Source: Candidatus Methylomirabilia bacterium
Lineage (GTDB): Bacteria; Methylomirabilota; Methylomirabilia; Rokubacteriales; CSP1-6
Assembly (NCBI GenBank): GCA_041496385.1
Contig: JBGQEL010000042.1
Coordinates: 1-33,133 of the forward strand
DNA: 33,133 nucleotides
Reading direction: 5' to 3'
Positions 8,648 to 18,877 of the stretch are shown one piece after another. Position numbers and translations under genes: made by a program. Numbering within the stretch: the stretch's first letter is position 1; each line of letters starts with the position of its first letter. The notes below the pieces were generated by a model. It was not told where the DNA came from. It worked only from the letters and a program-made list of their open reading frames with translations, and searched no databases.

Positions 8648-9959
8648 TGACGCCCTCCATATGATCGAGGGCGCGCTTCCACGCCACGATGGCCTCGAAC
8701 ACCGGCCGCCGCCAGCGGTGGAACGGGACCGGGCGGAGCGGCGTCGCGGGTAAGACGCCGTCGCCCCGGCCCTGCACCCGCTCCGCGAGCAGCTTCCCCA
8801 TGACCGTCGCCATGGCGACGCCGCGGCCGTTGTAGCCGAGCGCCGCATGCACGCCGGGGGCCGGCTCGTGCAGATGAGGCAGGTGATCGAGCGTGAGCGC
8901 GACCTTGCCGCCCCACACGAATTCCCAGTCGCACGCGCGGAGCTGCGGGTACAGCTCGACGGCGCTCGCGATGACGTTCGCGTAGTCGGCGCGATCGGCG
9001 GATTCGCGCGATCCTCCCCGGCCTCCCATCACCATGCGCCCCGCCGCATCGAGCCGGAAATAGCGCAGGAGACGGCGCGAGTCGGACACCGCTTGACCCT
9101 TCGGCAGGATCGTCCGGCGCAGATCGTCGGACAGCGGTCGCGTGGCGGCGATGTAGCTGTAGACGGGAACGACGGTGCGGGCAAGCGCGGGCCAGGGGCC
9201 GTCCCCGCCCGCGAGATCCGTGTAGCCGTTGGTGCCGATGATCACCTGCGCGGCGCGCACCGAGCCCCGCGCCGTCGCGACGCGCCAGTCGCTTCCGCTG
9301 CGTCGCGGCGTGGCGGCCAGTGCGCGTTCGTGGATGCGCGCCCCCGCCTTCTGCGCCGCGCGGGCGAGCCCTCGCGTATAGCTGAGCGGCTGCACGACGC
9401 CGCCGCGATGATCCACGAACCCGCCCACGTACGCGCCGGTGCCGGTCAGCTCCGCGATGCGGCCGCCGTCGAGCTCCTCGACCGCGGCGCCGCGCCGGCT
9501 CCAGTCGCGCGCCGTGCGCGCGGCCGTGCGCAGCGCCGCCTCGCGGTGGCAGGCCTTGATCCAGCCGTCCTGACGCGCGTCGCACTCGATGCCGTGGCGC
9601 CGCACCAGGCCGAAAACGAAGTCCGCCGCGCCGCCCACGATCTCCGCCAGGCGCCCGCCGCGCTCGGATCCGAACAGCGCCTCGAGCTCGCTCGGGTCGA
9701 GCTTCAGCCCCGGGATCACCTGGCCGCCGTTGCGGCCGGACGCGCCGGCGCCGACCTCGCCCGCCTCGAGCAGAACGACGGACGCGCCGCCCTCGGCGAG
9801 GTGCAGCGCGGCCGACAGTCCCGTGAAGCCGCCGCCGATCACGCAGACGTCCGCGCGGTGCTCGCCGTCGAGCGGCGGATAAGCCGACGCCGGCGGCGCC
9901 GTCGCCGTCCACAGGGAGGGCGGTAGCGTCACGACGGGCGTGCCGGCAGGGGGTCGCAT
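8628..9959 (-). CDS. FAD-dependent oxidoreductase, DadA/PuuB (gamma-glutamylputrescine oxidase)-like
   Basis: 'VIGGGFTGLSAALHL', 'GASGRNGGQ', 'GYNGRGVAMAT'; GGGAGG RBS; heads the polyamine ABC operon. Confidence 0.85.
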   Translation of the reverse strand: MRPPAGTPVVTLPPSLWTATAPPASAYPPLDGEHRADVCVIGGGFTGLSAALHLAEGGASVVLLEAGEVGAGASGRNGGQVIPGLKLDPSELEALFGSERGGRLAEIVGGAADFVFGLVRRHGIECDARQDGWIKACHREAALRTAARTARDWSRRGAAVEELDGGRIAELTGTGAYVGGFVDHRGGVVQPLSYTRGLARAAQKAGARIHERALAATPRRSGSDWRVATARGSVRAAQVIIGTNGYTDLAGGDGPWPALARTVVPVYSYIAATRPLSDDLRRTILPKGQAVSDSRRLLRYFRLDAAGRMVMGGRGGSRESADRADYANVIASAVELYPQLRACDWEFVWGGKVALTLDHLPHLHEPAPGVHAALGYNGRGVAMATVMGKLLAERVQGRGDGVLPATPLRPVPFHRWRRPVFEAIVAWKRALDHMEGVNRRTAR

Positions 9960-9989
9960 GGCGCCTCCCGTATAGCATAAACTCCCCTC
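9960..9989. promoter_or_regulatory. 30-bp divergent promoter region with overlapping -10 boxes
   Basis: Plus strand TAAACT (9978-9983) 6 nt before ATG 9990; minus strand TATGCT (9974-9979) followed by GGGAGG and ATG 9959. Confidence 0.55.
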
Positions 9990-10511
9990 ATGGATCTCGA
10001 GCTGAAGGACAAGGTCGCGGTCGTCGGCGGCGCGAGCAAGGGCCTGGGGCGCGCGTGCGCGGAGGTGCTCGCGCAGGAGGGCGCCCGGGTGGCGCTCTGC
10101 AGCCGGTCGCAGGCCGATCTGGACCGCGCGGCGACGGAGATTCACGGCGCGACCGGCCGGGACGTGCCCATTCCCAACCTCGTGCTCTCCGGCGCCACGC
10201 GCATGGGCGTGGTGGCGTTCGCCAAGAGCCTGGCCGACGAGGTCGGGCGCGACGGCGTGCTCGTCAACAACGTGTGTCCGGGCTCGATCATGAGCGAGCG
10301 CATGCTTTCCAACGTGGCGGCGCGCGCCAAGCAGCTCGGCATCTCCGTCGAGGACGCGCTCGCGCAGCGCGCGGCCGAGACCGCGGTGGGGCGCCTCGGC
10401 GACCCCAAGGAGCTGGCCTACCTGGTCGCGTTCCTGGCCTCGGGCAAGTCGAGCTACATCACCGGGACCACCATCCTCGTCGACGGTGGTCTCGTGCGCT
10501 CGGTGCTCTAG
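9990..10511 (+). pseudogene. SDR family oxidoreductase with an in-frame internal deletion
   Basis: Intact N-terminal 'VVGGASKGLG' and C-terminal 'VNNVCPG...SYITGTTILVDGG', but only 173 aa. Jumps from 'ATGRDV' to 'PIPNLVLS' with no NNAG-type motif or beta5 strand. Confidence 0.7.
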
Positions 10512-10528
10512 CTCGCCGTCCGCCACCT

Positions 10529-10558
10529 TTGACAAGGCCCCGGCGGGGCGTCTATCGT
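10529..10558 (+). promoter_or_regulatory. Sigma70-type promoter for the aromatic catabolic run
   Basis: TTGACA-18 nt-TATCGT, then a GGAGG RBS before ATG 10609. Confidence 0.55.
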
Positions 10559-10608
10559 CTGCGCAAGCAGGTCGCGGCCCGACCGCTGGGACGCCTGGGA
10601 GGAATGGC

Positions 10609-11661
10609 ATGGGCGAGATCCTCGGCTTGGGCATGACCCACTACCCGCCGCTGACCGGTCAGGACCGGGACATGGCCAACATCCTCCGGACCGTCCTGCG
10701 CGATCCCGGGTTGCCCGAGCGCTACCGCGACCCCGCGAGCTGGCCCGCGGCGATGCGCAGGGAGTACGGCGACGACGGCGGCGCGGCCTCCGCGGCGGCG
10801 CACCGCGCGGGCCTGCTCCGCCACTTCCGCCACGCGCGCGCGCGGCTCGACGACTTCCGGCCCGACGTGGTCGTCATCTGGGGCGACGACCAGCACGAGA
10901 ACTTCACCGAGGACGTCATCCCGCCGTTCTGCGTCCTCGCCTACGACCGCATCGAGGCCCGGCACCGGCAGCGTGACGCCGGCGGGAACGTCTGGGGCGA
11001 GAGCGCGGACACGGTGTTCCGGATCCCGGGCCATCGCGAGGCCGGCAAGTTCCTGGCGCGGCGGCTGCTGGAGCAGGACATCGACGTGGCCTACGCGTAC
11101 AAGCCGCTCCATCACCCCGGGCTCGCCCACGCGTTCCTCAACACGATCATGTTCCTCGACTACGATCGCGTCGGCTTTCCGTATCCGGTCGTCGCGTTCC
11201 AGGTGAACTGCTACGGCCGGCGGGTGATCGCGCAGCGCGGAGGGCGGGGGAGCCTGGAGCACCCGCTCGGCGACGCCGACCTCGATCCGCCCTCGCCGTC
11301 GCCGAAGCGCTGCATGGCGGTCGGCGCCGCCACGGCGCGCGCGATGCGCGAGAGCCCGTGGCGCACGGCCCTCATCGCCTCGTCCAGCTGGTCGCACGCG
11401 TTCCTGACCGACAAGAATCATCAGCTCCATCCGGATATCGAGTCCGACCGGCGGCTCTACGAGGCGCTGCGTCGCGGCGACTACGAGACCTGGCGCAGCA
11501 CGCCGCTCGACGCCATCGAGGCCTCCGGCCAGCAGGAGATGCTCAACTGGTACATGCTCGCCGGCGCGATGGAGGAGCTGGGGCGCAAGCCCGACGAGTG
11601 CGAGTTCATGGAGTCCTGGATCTTCAACTCCAACAAGTGCTTCGCGGTGTTCAAGCCATGA
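10609..11661 (+). CDS. Extradiol ring-cleavage dioxygenase, class III (LigB-like)
   Basis: 'LGLGMTHYP', 'PDVVVIWGDDQHENF', 'GLAHAF', 'ASSSWSHAF', 'GQQEMLNW'. Confidence 0.85.
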   Translation: MGEILGLGMTHYPPLTGQDRDMANILRTVLRDPGLPERYRDPASWPAAMRREYGDDGGAASAAAHRAGLLRHFRHARARLDDFRPDVVVIWGDDQHENFTEDVIPPFCVLAYDRIEARHRQRDAGGNVWGESADTVFRIPGHREAGKFLARRLLEQDIDVAYAYKPLHHPGLAHAFLNTIMFLDYDRVGFPYPVVAFQVNCYGRRVIAQRGGRGSLEHPLGDADLDPPSPSPKRCMAVGAATARAMRESPWRTALIASSSWSHAFLTDKNHQLHPDIESDRRLYEALRRGDYETWRSTPLDAIEASGQQEMLNWYMLAGAMEELGRKPDECEFMESWIFNSNKCFAVFKP

Positions 11662-12917
11662 CGACGACGACGGCGATCCCCAAGCTCTCCGGCGACATCC
11701 GTCACCTCATCCCGAAGCTCGGCCTGCGCAACTACTGGTATCCCGCGATCGCCGCGGCGTCCGTGGGCTCGCGCAAGCCGGCGAAGGTCTCGCTGCTCGG
11801 GGAGGAGCTCTGTCTCTTCCGCGGCGCGAACGGCGCGGTCGCGGCGATCCCGGACGTCTGCCCGCACCGCGGCGCGCGGCTCAGCGAGGGCGATTGCCAC
11901 TACCGCGGCACGGTCGCGTGCCCGTACCACGGCTGGGTGTTCGACGAGAGCGGCAAGAACGTCGCGGTGCTCTCCGAGGGACCCGACTCCGGCGTGTGCG
12001 GCAAGCCCGGCACCGAGACCAAGGCCTACCCGACGCGCACGCTGAAGGGCCTCGTCTTCGTGTGGATGGGCGAGGGCGAGCCCGCGCCGATCGAGGACGA
12101 CGTGCCGGAGGAGTTCTTCGACGCCGACGCACTCGTCCAGATCGGCCTCGTCTACTGGAAGTGCAACTGGGAGGTCGCCCTCGAGAACTCCATGGACTCG
12201 CACGTCAACTACGTGCACCGCAACGCCGTGGTCGTCATGCGCGGGGGGTTCATCGCGCGCGGCGCGCAGGGTGAGCACCCGATCTTCGTGGGCAACGGCT
12301 TCGGCGGCGACGTGGCCGAGAGCAACTACGTGCGCCGGAGCCCCACGCAGGACCTGTACCCGAACGGCTGGACGTGGCCCAAGACGAACTACCGGCGCTT
12401 CTGGACCTGGCTGACGCGGCCGCTCGCCGAGCGCGCGCGCCGCAACATCCCGCCGCCGCGCAGCGCGCGCTGGTGCGGCGGGCACCATCTGCCCGGCATG
12501 TTCCGCGCGGAGTTCGGCTGGGATCTCTACACGCGCATGTGCGTGCCGGTCGAGGAGCACCTGACGCGCGTCTGGTACTACCACTGCACGCGCCCCCAGA
12601 ACGCCTGGCGCCGCTTCTGGGACCGCGTGGCCTACGCCACGGTGCGCCGCTGGATCATCGAGTACAACTTCTCGCGCCAGGACGAGCGCGTGATGCTCAA
12701 CCAGCGTTACGACACGCCCGAGAAGCTCTCGGGCACCGACGCCGAGGTCATCCAGTGGCGCCGGTTCGTGGTGACGAAGCACCACGGCGGTCGCGACGCC
12801 GCCTTCGAGTACAGGAACCCCGACGATCTCCCGCCGGACGGCGTGCCGCTCGCGCGCGTCTCGGTGCGCTACATGCAGGAGCAGCGGCGCGCCGGCGCGA
12901 GGGCGGCCCGCGGATGA
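11658..12917 (+). CDS. Rieske non-heme iron oxygenase alpha subunit, CarAa/OxoO-like
   Basis: Rieske ligands CPH...CPYHGW; mononuclear Fe site 'ENSMDSHVNYVH'; N-terminal 'KLGLRNYWYP'; ATGA overlap. Confidence 0.85.
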   Translation: MTTTTAIPKLSGDIRHLIPKLGLRNYWYPAIAAASVGSRKPAKVSLLGEELCLFRGANGAVAAIPDVCPHRGARLSEGDCHYRGTVACPYHGWVFDESGKNVAVLSEGPDSGVCGKPGTETKAYPTRTLKGLVFVWMGEGEPAPIEDDVPEEFFDADALVQIGLVYWKCNWEVALENSMDSHVNYVHRNAVVVMRGGFIARGAQGEHPIFVGNGFGGDVAESNYVRRSPTQDLYPNGWTWPKTNYRRFWTWLTRPLAERARRNIPPPRSARWCGGHHLPGMFRAEFGWDLYTRMCVPVEEHLTRVWYYHCTRPQNAWRRFWDRVAYATVRRWIIEYNFSRQDERVMLNQRYDTPEKLSGTDAEVIQWRRFVVTKHHGGRDAAFEYRNPDDLPPDGVPLARVSVRYMQEQRRAGARAARG

Positions 12918-14008
12918 TCGGCCGGCGCCGGTTCCTGACAACCGTCACCCTGGGCGGCGCCGCGGCGCTGGCGTCCGCCCGGCGGGCAGACGCCCAGTCG
13001 GGCGACTGGCAGCAAGCGGTGGCGGCCGCGAAGAAGGAAGGCAAGGTCGTCGTCAACACGTTCCCCGGCGACGTCTACAAGCGCGCGCTGAAGGCGTTCA
13101 ACGGGGCGTATCCCGACATCAAGCTCGAGCATACGAGCCTGCACTCGCAGGACTTCGCGCCGCGCATCCTCCAGGAGCGTCAGGCCAACCTCTTCACGTG
13201 GGACGTCGTGCTGATTCCCACCAGCACCGCCCTTCAAGTCCTGCGTCCCGCGGGGGTGTGGGATCCCGTGCGGCCCCTCATCGTGGCGCCGGACGTGAAG
13301 GACGACGCGGCGTGGGACGGCGGCTTCGAGCGCGGGTTTTCACTGGTGAAGGACCGCGCGCTCTGCTACGGCTTCGTGGCCCAGCGCGGCGGCGGCATCA
13401 CCGTCAATACCGACATGGTCAAAGAGGACGACATCCACGGACTCAAAGATCTGCTCAACCCGCGCTGGAAGGGCAAGCTCCTGCTTCCCGACGTCCGGGT
13501 GATGGGCGACACGTTCTGGCCGATGACGGCCGCGCGCCTCAACATGGGCGACGACATCATCAAGAAGCTGTTCGTCGACCAGGAGCCGGTGCTGAGCCGT
13601 GACAACCGCCAGGTGGCGGAGTTCATGGTCCGCGGCCGGTACCCGATCGCGCTCGGCGTCAACCCGCAGCTCCTCGCGACGTTCCAGCGCCAGGGGCTCG
13701 CCAAGAATCTCAGGCTCATTCATTTTCCCGAGATGGCCACGATGAGCTCGAGCAGCAGCGTCATCTGGCTCGTCAATCGCGCGCCGCATCCGAACGCGGC
13801 GAAGGTCTTCATCAACTGGCTCCTCACGAAGGACGCGCAGGTCGTCTGGGCCAAGGAGATCGAGACCAACAGCCGGCGCCTCGGGATCGAGCCCGGCAAC
13901 CCGCAGTACGCCGTGCCGCCGGGCGCCAAGTTCATGCAGATCGACGCCGAGGAGAACCTGCCCGAGGTCGTGAAGACGCAGGATATCGGCCGCGCCGTCA
14001 TCAGGTGA
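12914..14008 (+). CDS. ABC substrate-binding protein (Fe3+/thiamine-type fold), Tat signal
   Basis: 'GRRRFL' Tat motif, 'AAAKKEGKVVV', 'DLLNPRWKGK', 'APHPNAAKVFINWLL'. Confidence 0.85.
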   Translation: MIGRRRFLTTVTLGGAAALASARRADAQSGDWQQAVAAAKKEGKVVVNTFPGDVYKRALKAFNGAYPDIKLEHTSLHSQDFAPRILQERQANLFTWDVVLIPTSTALQVLRPAGVWDPVRPLIVAPDVKDDAAWDGGFERGFSLVKDRALCYGFVAQRGGGITVNTDMVKEDDIHGLKDLLNPRWKGKLLLPDVRVMGDTFWPMTAARLNMGDDIIKKLFVDQEPVLSRDNRQVAEFMVRGRYPIALGVNPQLLATFQRQGLAKNLRLIHFPEMATMSSSSSVIWLVNRAPHPNAAKVFINWLLTKDAQVVWAKEIETNSRRLGIEPGNPQYAVPPGAKFMQIDAEENLPEVVKTQDIGRAVIR

Positions 14009-15099
14009 CGGTCCTCGCGCTCACCGACATCAGAAAAGTCTTCGGGCCCCAGCCGGCGGTCGACCGCGTGTCGCTCGACGTGCGGCGCGGCGAGGTGTTC
14101 ACGCTGCTCGGTCCGAGCGGGTGCGGCAAGACGACCACGCTGCGCCTCATCGCCGGCCTCGAGCGTCCGGACGCCGGCGAGATCACGCTGCGCGGCCGCC
14201 TCGTGGCATCGGTGCCGCGGCGCGTGTTCGTCGCGCCGGACCGCCGCAACCTGGGCATGGTCTTCCAGTCGTACGCGATCTGGCCGCACATGACCGTGTT
14301 CGAGAACGTGGCCTACCCGCTGACCCTGCGCCGGCTGGGGCGCGCGGCGATCCGCGAGCGGGTGACGCGCGTCCTCGACCTCGTCGGCCTCGCCGGCACG
14401 GAGGCGCGGGCCGCGACGCTCCTGAGCGGCGGCCAGATGCAGCGGCTCGCGCTCTGCCGGGCGCTGGTCTACGAGCCGGATCTCCTGCTGCTCGACGAGC
14501 CGTTCAGCAACCTCGACGCCAAGCTCCGCGAGCAGATGCGCGTCGAGCTGCGCCTCCTCCAGCGCCGCCTCGGCATCACGGTGCTGTTCGTCACCCACGA
14601 TCAGATCGAGGCGCTCAGCCTCTCCGACCGCATCGCGGTGATGCAGGAGGGGCGTGTCGAGCAGGTCGGCCCGCCCCAGCTTCTGTACGAGCGGCCCGCG
14701 TCCGCCTTCGTCCGCGACTTCCTCGGCACGACGGTGATCCTGCGCGGCCGCGTGGAGAGCGTCGGGCCCGGGGGCGTGAGCGTGACGATGGACGGCGCGC
14801 TGGCCGGGCGGACGCTGGCGGGGCGGTCGGCGTCCGCCGCCGCGCTCGTGCCGGGCGCCCCCGTGCACGTGGCCATCCGCCCCGAGGACATCGCGATCGA
14901 CGGTGCGCGGGCCGACGCCGGCACGCTCCCGGCGGTGATCGACACGCTCCTGTTCGTCGGCGACCGCTACGAGGCGCGGGTCACGTTCGGCGGCGAGGAA
15001 CGCTTCGCGCTCCTGCTGCCCCGGGCCGGGACGTGGAAGGAGGGGCAGCCGCTGTCGCTCGCCCTGCCGCGCGACGCGGTGAGCGTGTGGCCGGCGTAG
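14005..15099 (+). CDS. ABC transporter ATP-binding protein (FbpC-like)
   Basis: GPSGCGKTT, LSGGQMQR, DEPFSNLDAKLR. Confidence 0.9.
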   Translation: MTVLALTDIRKVFGPQPAVDRVSLDVRRGEVFTLLGPSGCGKTTTLRLIAGLERPDAGEITLRGRLVASVPRRVFVAPDRRNLGMVFQSYAIWPHMTVFENVAYPLTLRRLGRAAIRERVTRVLDLVGLAGTEARAATLLSGGQMQRLALCRALVYEPDLLLLDEPFSNLDAKLREQMRVELRLLQRRLGITVLFVTHDQIEALSLSDRIAVMQEGRVEQVGPPQLLYERPASAFVRDFLGTTVILRGRVESVGPGGVSVTMDGALAGRTLAGRSASAAALVPGAPVHVAIRPEDIAIDGARADAGTLPAVIDTLLFVGDRYEARVTFGGEERFALLLPRAGTWKEGQPLSLALPRDAVSVWPA

Positions 15100-16799
15100 C
15101 GGCCGCGGCCCGGCCGTCCCGGCGGATCGAGGCGCAATCCGTCTTCTGCACGGCCGTCCTGGCCGTCGTCGCGCTCGGCGTCGTCTACCCGATGCTGCTC
15201 GTCGTGCTGCAGAGCTTCCAGACCGCGCTGCCGGGGCAGGCCGCGCGCTACGGGCTCGACGGCTGGCGCGCGGCGCTGGCGGAGCCGGCGCTGCGCGCGT
15301 CGCTGCTGAACACGCTGAGCGTGACGGTCGCGCGGCAGCTCCTCTCGCTGCCGCTCGCCGTCCTCGTCGCGTGGCTCCTGGCGCGGACCGATCTGCCCGG
15401 CGGCCGGTGGATCGAGTTCGCGTTCTGGGCGGCGTTCTTCCTGCCCCCGCTGACGGTGACACTCAGCTGGATCCTGCTGCTCGACCCGGAATACGGCCTC
15501 GTCAATACGACGCTCGCGCGCCTGCCGTTCGTCGGCCGGGGACCGTTCAACATCTACTCGTTCTGGGGCATCGTCTGGGTCCACGTCATCACGGGCTCGC
15601 TGACCGTGAAGGTCATCCTGCTCACGCCCGCGTTCCGCCACATGAACGCGACGTTCGAGGAGGCCTCGCGCGTGGCCGGCGCCGGCACGCTGCGCACCGC
15701 GCTCCGGATCACCGTGCCCGTCATGGCGCCGGTGATCCTGTCCGTCCTGCTGCTCGGCACGATGGTGTCGCTGCAGACGTTCGAGGTCGAGCAGGTGCTC
15801 GGCACCCCGTTCCGCTTCTTCGTGTTCAGCACGACGATCTACGACCTGCTCGTGACGCGCGTGCCCCGCTACGACGCGGCGACGGCGCTGGCGGTCCTGG
15901 TCCTCGTCGCCATGCTCCCGCTGATCCTGGTCCAGCAATGGCTGACGCGCGGCCGGCGCTACACGACGGTCACCGGGCAGTTCCGGAACACGCCGCTCGC
16001 GCTGGGCGCGTGGCGATGGCCGGCGCTGGCCCTGGCGCTCGGCCTGGTCGCGGTGGTGCTCGGCGTCCCGCTCGTGTTCGCGCTGCTCGGCTCGTTCATG
16101 AAGCTCTTCGGCTTCTTCCACGTGGCCGAGCCGTGGACCCTGGACAACTGGCGGACCGTGCTGACCGACGAGTCCTTCGTGAGCGCCGTGCGCAACACGC
16201 TCGTGCTGGCCCTCGGCACGGCGGCGGCCGCGGTGTTCCTGCACTCGCTGATCGCCTACGTCATCGTGCGCACGCGTTACGCCGGCCGGCGCCTGCTTGA
16301 CGTGTTCTCGTGGCTGCCCTTCGCGGTGCCGGGCGTCATCCTGGGCCTGGCCCTGCTGTGGCTCTTCCTCGGGACGCCCGTGCTCCGGCCGCTCTACGGC
16401 ACGACCGCGCTGCTCATCATCGCCGGGCTCATCGCCGGCATGCCGCTCGGTGTCCAGATCATCAAGAGCGGGCTCATGCAGCTGGGCGGCGAGCTGGAGG
16501 AGGCCTCGCGCGTCGCGGGGGCGTCCTGGTGGATTACCTACCGCCGCATCGTGCTCCGGCTGATGTTGCCCACGCTCGTGGCCGTCGGCATGATCACGTT
16601 CGTGGGCGCGGCGCGCAACATCGCGAACGTCGCCCTGCTGAGCACGACCGCCAACCGGCCGCTGGCGATCCTGCAGCTCGACTACATCGCCGAGAAGAAG
16701 TTCGAGGAGGCCGTCGTCGTCGCCTGCATCATCATGTTCATCTCGCTGGCCGGCGCCCTGGTCGCCCGCGTCCTGGGCGTCCGCGGCGGCGTCGGCTGA
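15087..16799 (+). CDS. ABC transporter permease, fused double domain (FbpB-like)
   Basis: Two 'EEASRVAGA' EAA loops and about 12 hydrophobic segments; GTG at 15087 overlaps the ATPase end. Confidence 0.85.
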   Translation: MAGVAAAARPSRRIEAQSVFCTAVLAVVALGVVYPMLLVVLQSFQTALPGQAARYGLDGWRAALAEPALRASLLNTLSVTVARQLLSLPLAVLVAWLLARTDLPGGRWIEFAFWAAFFLPPLTVTLSWILLLDPEYGLVNTTLARLPFVGRGPFNIYSFWGIVWVHVITGSLTVKVILLTPAFRHMNATFEEASRVAGAGTLRTALRITVPVMAPVILSVLLLGTMVSLQTFEVEQVLGTPFRFFVFSTTIYDLLVTRVPRYDAATALAVLVLVAMLPLILVQQWLTRGRRYTTVTGQFRNTPLALGAWRWPALALALGLVAVVLGVPLVFALLGSFMKLFGFFHVAEPWTLDNWRTVLTDESFVSAVRNTLVLALGTAAAAVFLHSLIAYVIVRTRYAGRRLLDVFSWLPFAVPGVILGLALLWLFLGTPVLRPLYGTTALLIIAGLIAGMPLGVQIIKSGLMQLGGELEEASRVAGASWWITYRRIVLRLMLPTLVAVGMITFVGAARNIANVALLSTTANRPLAILQLDYIAEKKFEEAVVVACIIMFISLAGALVARVLGVRGGVG

Positions 16800-16809
16800 G
16801 GAGTCGCGC

Positions 16810-17616
16810 GTGAAGCTGGACGGCAAGGTCGCGGTCGTCACGGGCACGAGCCCGAACATCGGCGCCGGCATCGCGGGCGGACTCGCCGACGAGGGCGCGC
16901 GGGTCGTCTGCGTCGACGTCCTCGCGGACAACGCGCGCGAGTGCGCCGACTGGATCACGCGGCGCGGCGGCCAGGCGCTCGGCCTCGCGTGCGACGTCAC
17001 CGACGAGGCCCAGGTGGCGTCGATGGTCGCCCGCGCGCGCGACGCCTACGGACGCGTCGACGTCCTCGTGAACAACGCCGGCATCCTCGGCGGTCAGAGC
17101 GTGCTCGAGATGCCGCTCGAGCGGTGGACCCGGCAGCTCGCCGTGAACCTCACCGGCACGTTTCTCTGCACGAAGCACGTCGCCCGCCTGATGGTCGAGC
17201 AGGGCACGCGGGGCAGCATCATCGTGATCGTCTCGACGGCCGGACACCAGGGGCAGGCCGGGAACATCGGCTACTGCACGAGCAAGAGCGGCCTGCTGAA
17301 CTTCACGCGCGCCGCCGCCATGGACCTCGCGCGCCACGGCATCCGCGTCAACAGCCTCACGCCGACGGCGACGGACGCCGACGAGGGCGTCGAGCGCGCG
17401 GTCGAGTGGGGCCGCCCGCGGCCCGAGCGGCGCGCCCGCATGCTCGACTTCGCGAAGATGATCCCGGCGGGCGTGCTGCCGAGCCCGCGCCACTACGCGC
17501 GCGCCGCCGTGTTCCTCGCCTCCGACGACGCCGAGATGATCACCGGCGTCGACCTACGCGTGGACGCCGGCGCGATCGCCAAGTATTGGCCGTGGATCCC
17601 GAGCGCCGGGCTATAG
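16810..17616 (+). CDS. SDR family oxidoreductase
   Basis: 'VTGTSPNIGAGIA', 'LVNNAG', catalytic 'YCTSK', 'GIRVNSL'; GAGGAG RBS. Confidence 0.9.
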   Translation: MKLDGKVAVVTGTSPNIGAGIAGGLADEGARVVCVDVLADNARECADWITRRGGQALGLACDVTDEAQVASMVARARDAYGRVDVLVNNAGILGGQSVLEMPLERWTRQLAVNLTGTFLCTKHVARLMVEQGTRGSIIVIVSTAGHQGQAGNIGYCTSKSGLLNFTRAAAMDLARHGIRVNSLTPTATDADEGVERAVEWGRPRPERRARMLDFAKMIPAGVLPSPRHYARAAVFLASDDAEMITGVDLRVDAGAIAKYWPWIPSAGL

Positions 17617-17626
17617 TCGGAAGGCC

Positions 17627-18877
17627 ATGAAGCACCGCTCGGTCTTCTACGGCTGGTGGATCGTCGCCGCGTTCTCGGTGACGACGTTCATCTCGACGGG
17701 TATCCGTCACGCGGTCGGGCCGTTCCTCAAGCCGATCGTGGCCGACCTCGGCCTCGATCGGGCGAGCTTCTCGCTGGTGATCGCGCTCAGCCTCTTCCTC
17801 TACGGCGTCTTCATGCCGATCGCGGGGATGGCGCTGGACCGCTTCAGCGTGCGCGCCGTCACCACGGTGGGGACCGTGCTGCTCGTGATCTCGCTCGTGC
17901 TGACCGCGATGGTACGCAACTTCTGGGAGTTCGCCGCCGTCTACGGCGTCCTCGTGCCGCTCGGCCTGGCCGGCACCGGGCCCGTGATCGCCTCGGGCGT
18001 GGTGGCGCGGTGGTTCAGCCGGCGCCGCGGCACGGCGCTCTCCGTGCTCGGCAGCGCGTCGATGACCGGGATGAGCCTGCTCGTTCCCGCCGTGACCTGG
18101 CTCATCCTCACCACCGGATGGCGCACGACGTACCTGGTGATCGCGGGCGGAGTCCTGCTCGTCATGCTGCCGCTCTGCCTCTGGGTGTTCCGCGACTCGC
18201 CGGAGTCGATCGGCCTCACCGCCGATGGCGCCGCCCTCACGCCCGGCGTCAGCGCGCCCCCGGTCGAGCGGGTCACCTCCGGCGAGGCGCTGTCGACGCT
18301 GGCCTTCTGGCAGCTCGCGGGCTCGTTCTTCACCTGCGGCTTCTCGATGAGCCTGCTCTCCGCGCACGGGATCCCGATGCTGACCGATCACGGTTACTCG
18401 CCCATGTTCGCGTCGTGGGCGATGGGCGTGCTCGGCGGCTCGAGCATCGGCTTTACGGTGATGCTCGGCGCGCTGTCCGACCGCTTGGGGCGCCGGCCGG
18501 TGCTCGCCGCGATCTACGCCGGCCGGATCTTCATCTTCGCCGGCTTCTTCCTGATCCGCGACAACCCGGTCGCGATCCTCACGGTGGCCGTCCTCGGCGG
18601 CGTCACGATGGCGGGAACGGGCTCGATGACCTCGGCGCTCACCGCCGACATCTACGGACGCTTCTCCGTCAGCCGCGTCTTCGGCCTGATCTTCCTGGTC
18701 CATCAGACGGGTGCCGCCCTCGGCTCCTGGCTCGCCGGCGCGCTCTTCGAGACGACGGGCGGCTACGGCGCGGCGTACGCGCTGGCGTGCGTGTTCCTCC
18801 TGGGCGCGGCGATCGTGGCGCTCAACATCGACAAGGACGCGCGCCGGATCTGGCGCGCCGCCACCGCCTCGGTATGA
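17627..18877 (+). CDS. MFS transporter
   Basis: 12-TM pattern; 'FYGWWIV', 'RWFSRRRGTA', 'GALSDRLGRR'. Confidence 0.9.
   Translation: MKHRSVFYGWWIVAAFSVTTFISTGIRHAVGPFLKPIVADLGLDRASFSLVIALSLFLYGVFMPIAGMALDRFSVRAVTTVGTVLLVISLVLTAMVRNFWEFAAVYGVLVPLGLAGTGPVIASGVVARWFSRRRGTALSVLGSASMTGMSLLVPAVTWLILTTGWRTTYLVIAGGVLLVMLPLCLWVFRDSPESIGLTADGAALTPGVSAPPVERVTSGEALSTLAFWQLAGSFFTCGFSMSLLSAHGIPMLTDHGYSPMFASWAMGVLGGSSIGFTVMLGALSDRLGRRPVLAAIYAGRIFIFAGFFLIRDNPVAILTVAVLGGVTMAGTGSMTSALTADIYGRFSVSRVFGLIFLVHQTGAALGSWLAGALFETTGGYGAAYALACVFLLGAAIVALNIDKDARRIWRAATASV

Noticed and set aside
14121..15086. Apparent 892-aa permease with a long N-terminal extension
   Set aside because: The extension is an alternative frame of the ATPase gene; the real start is near GTG 15087.
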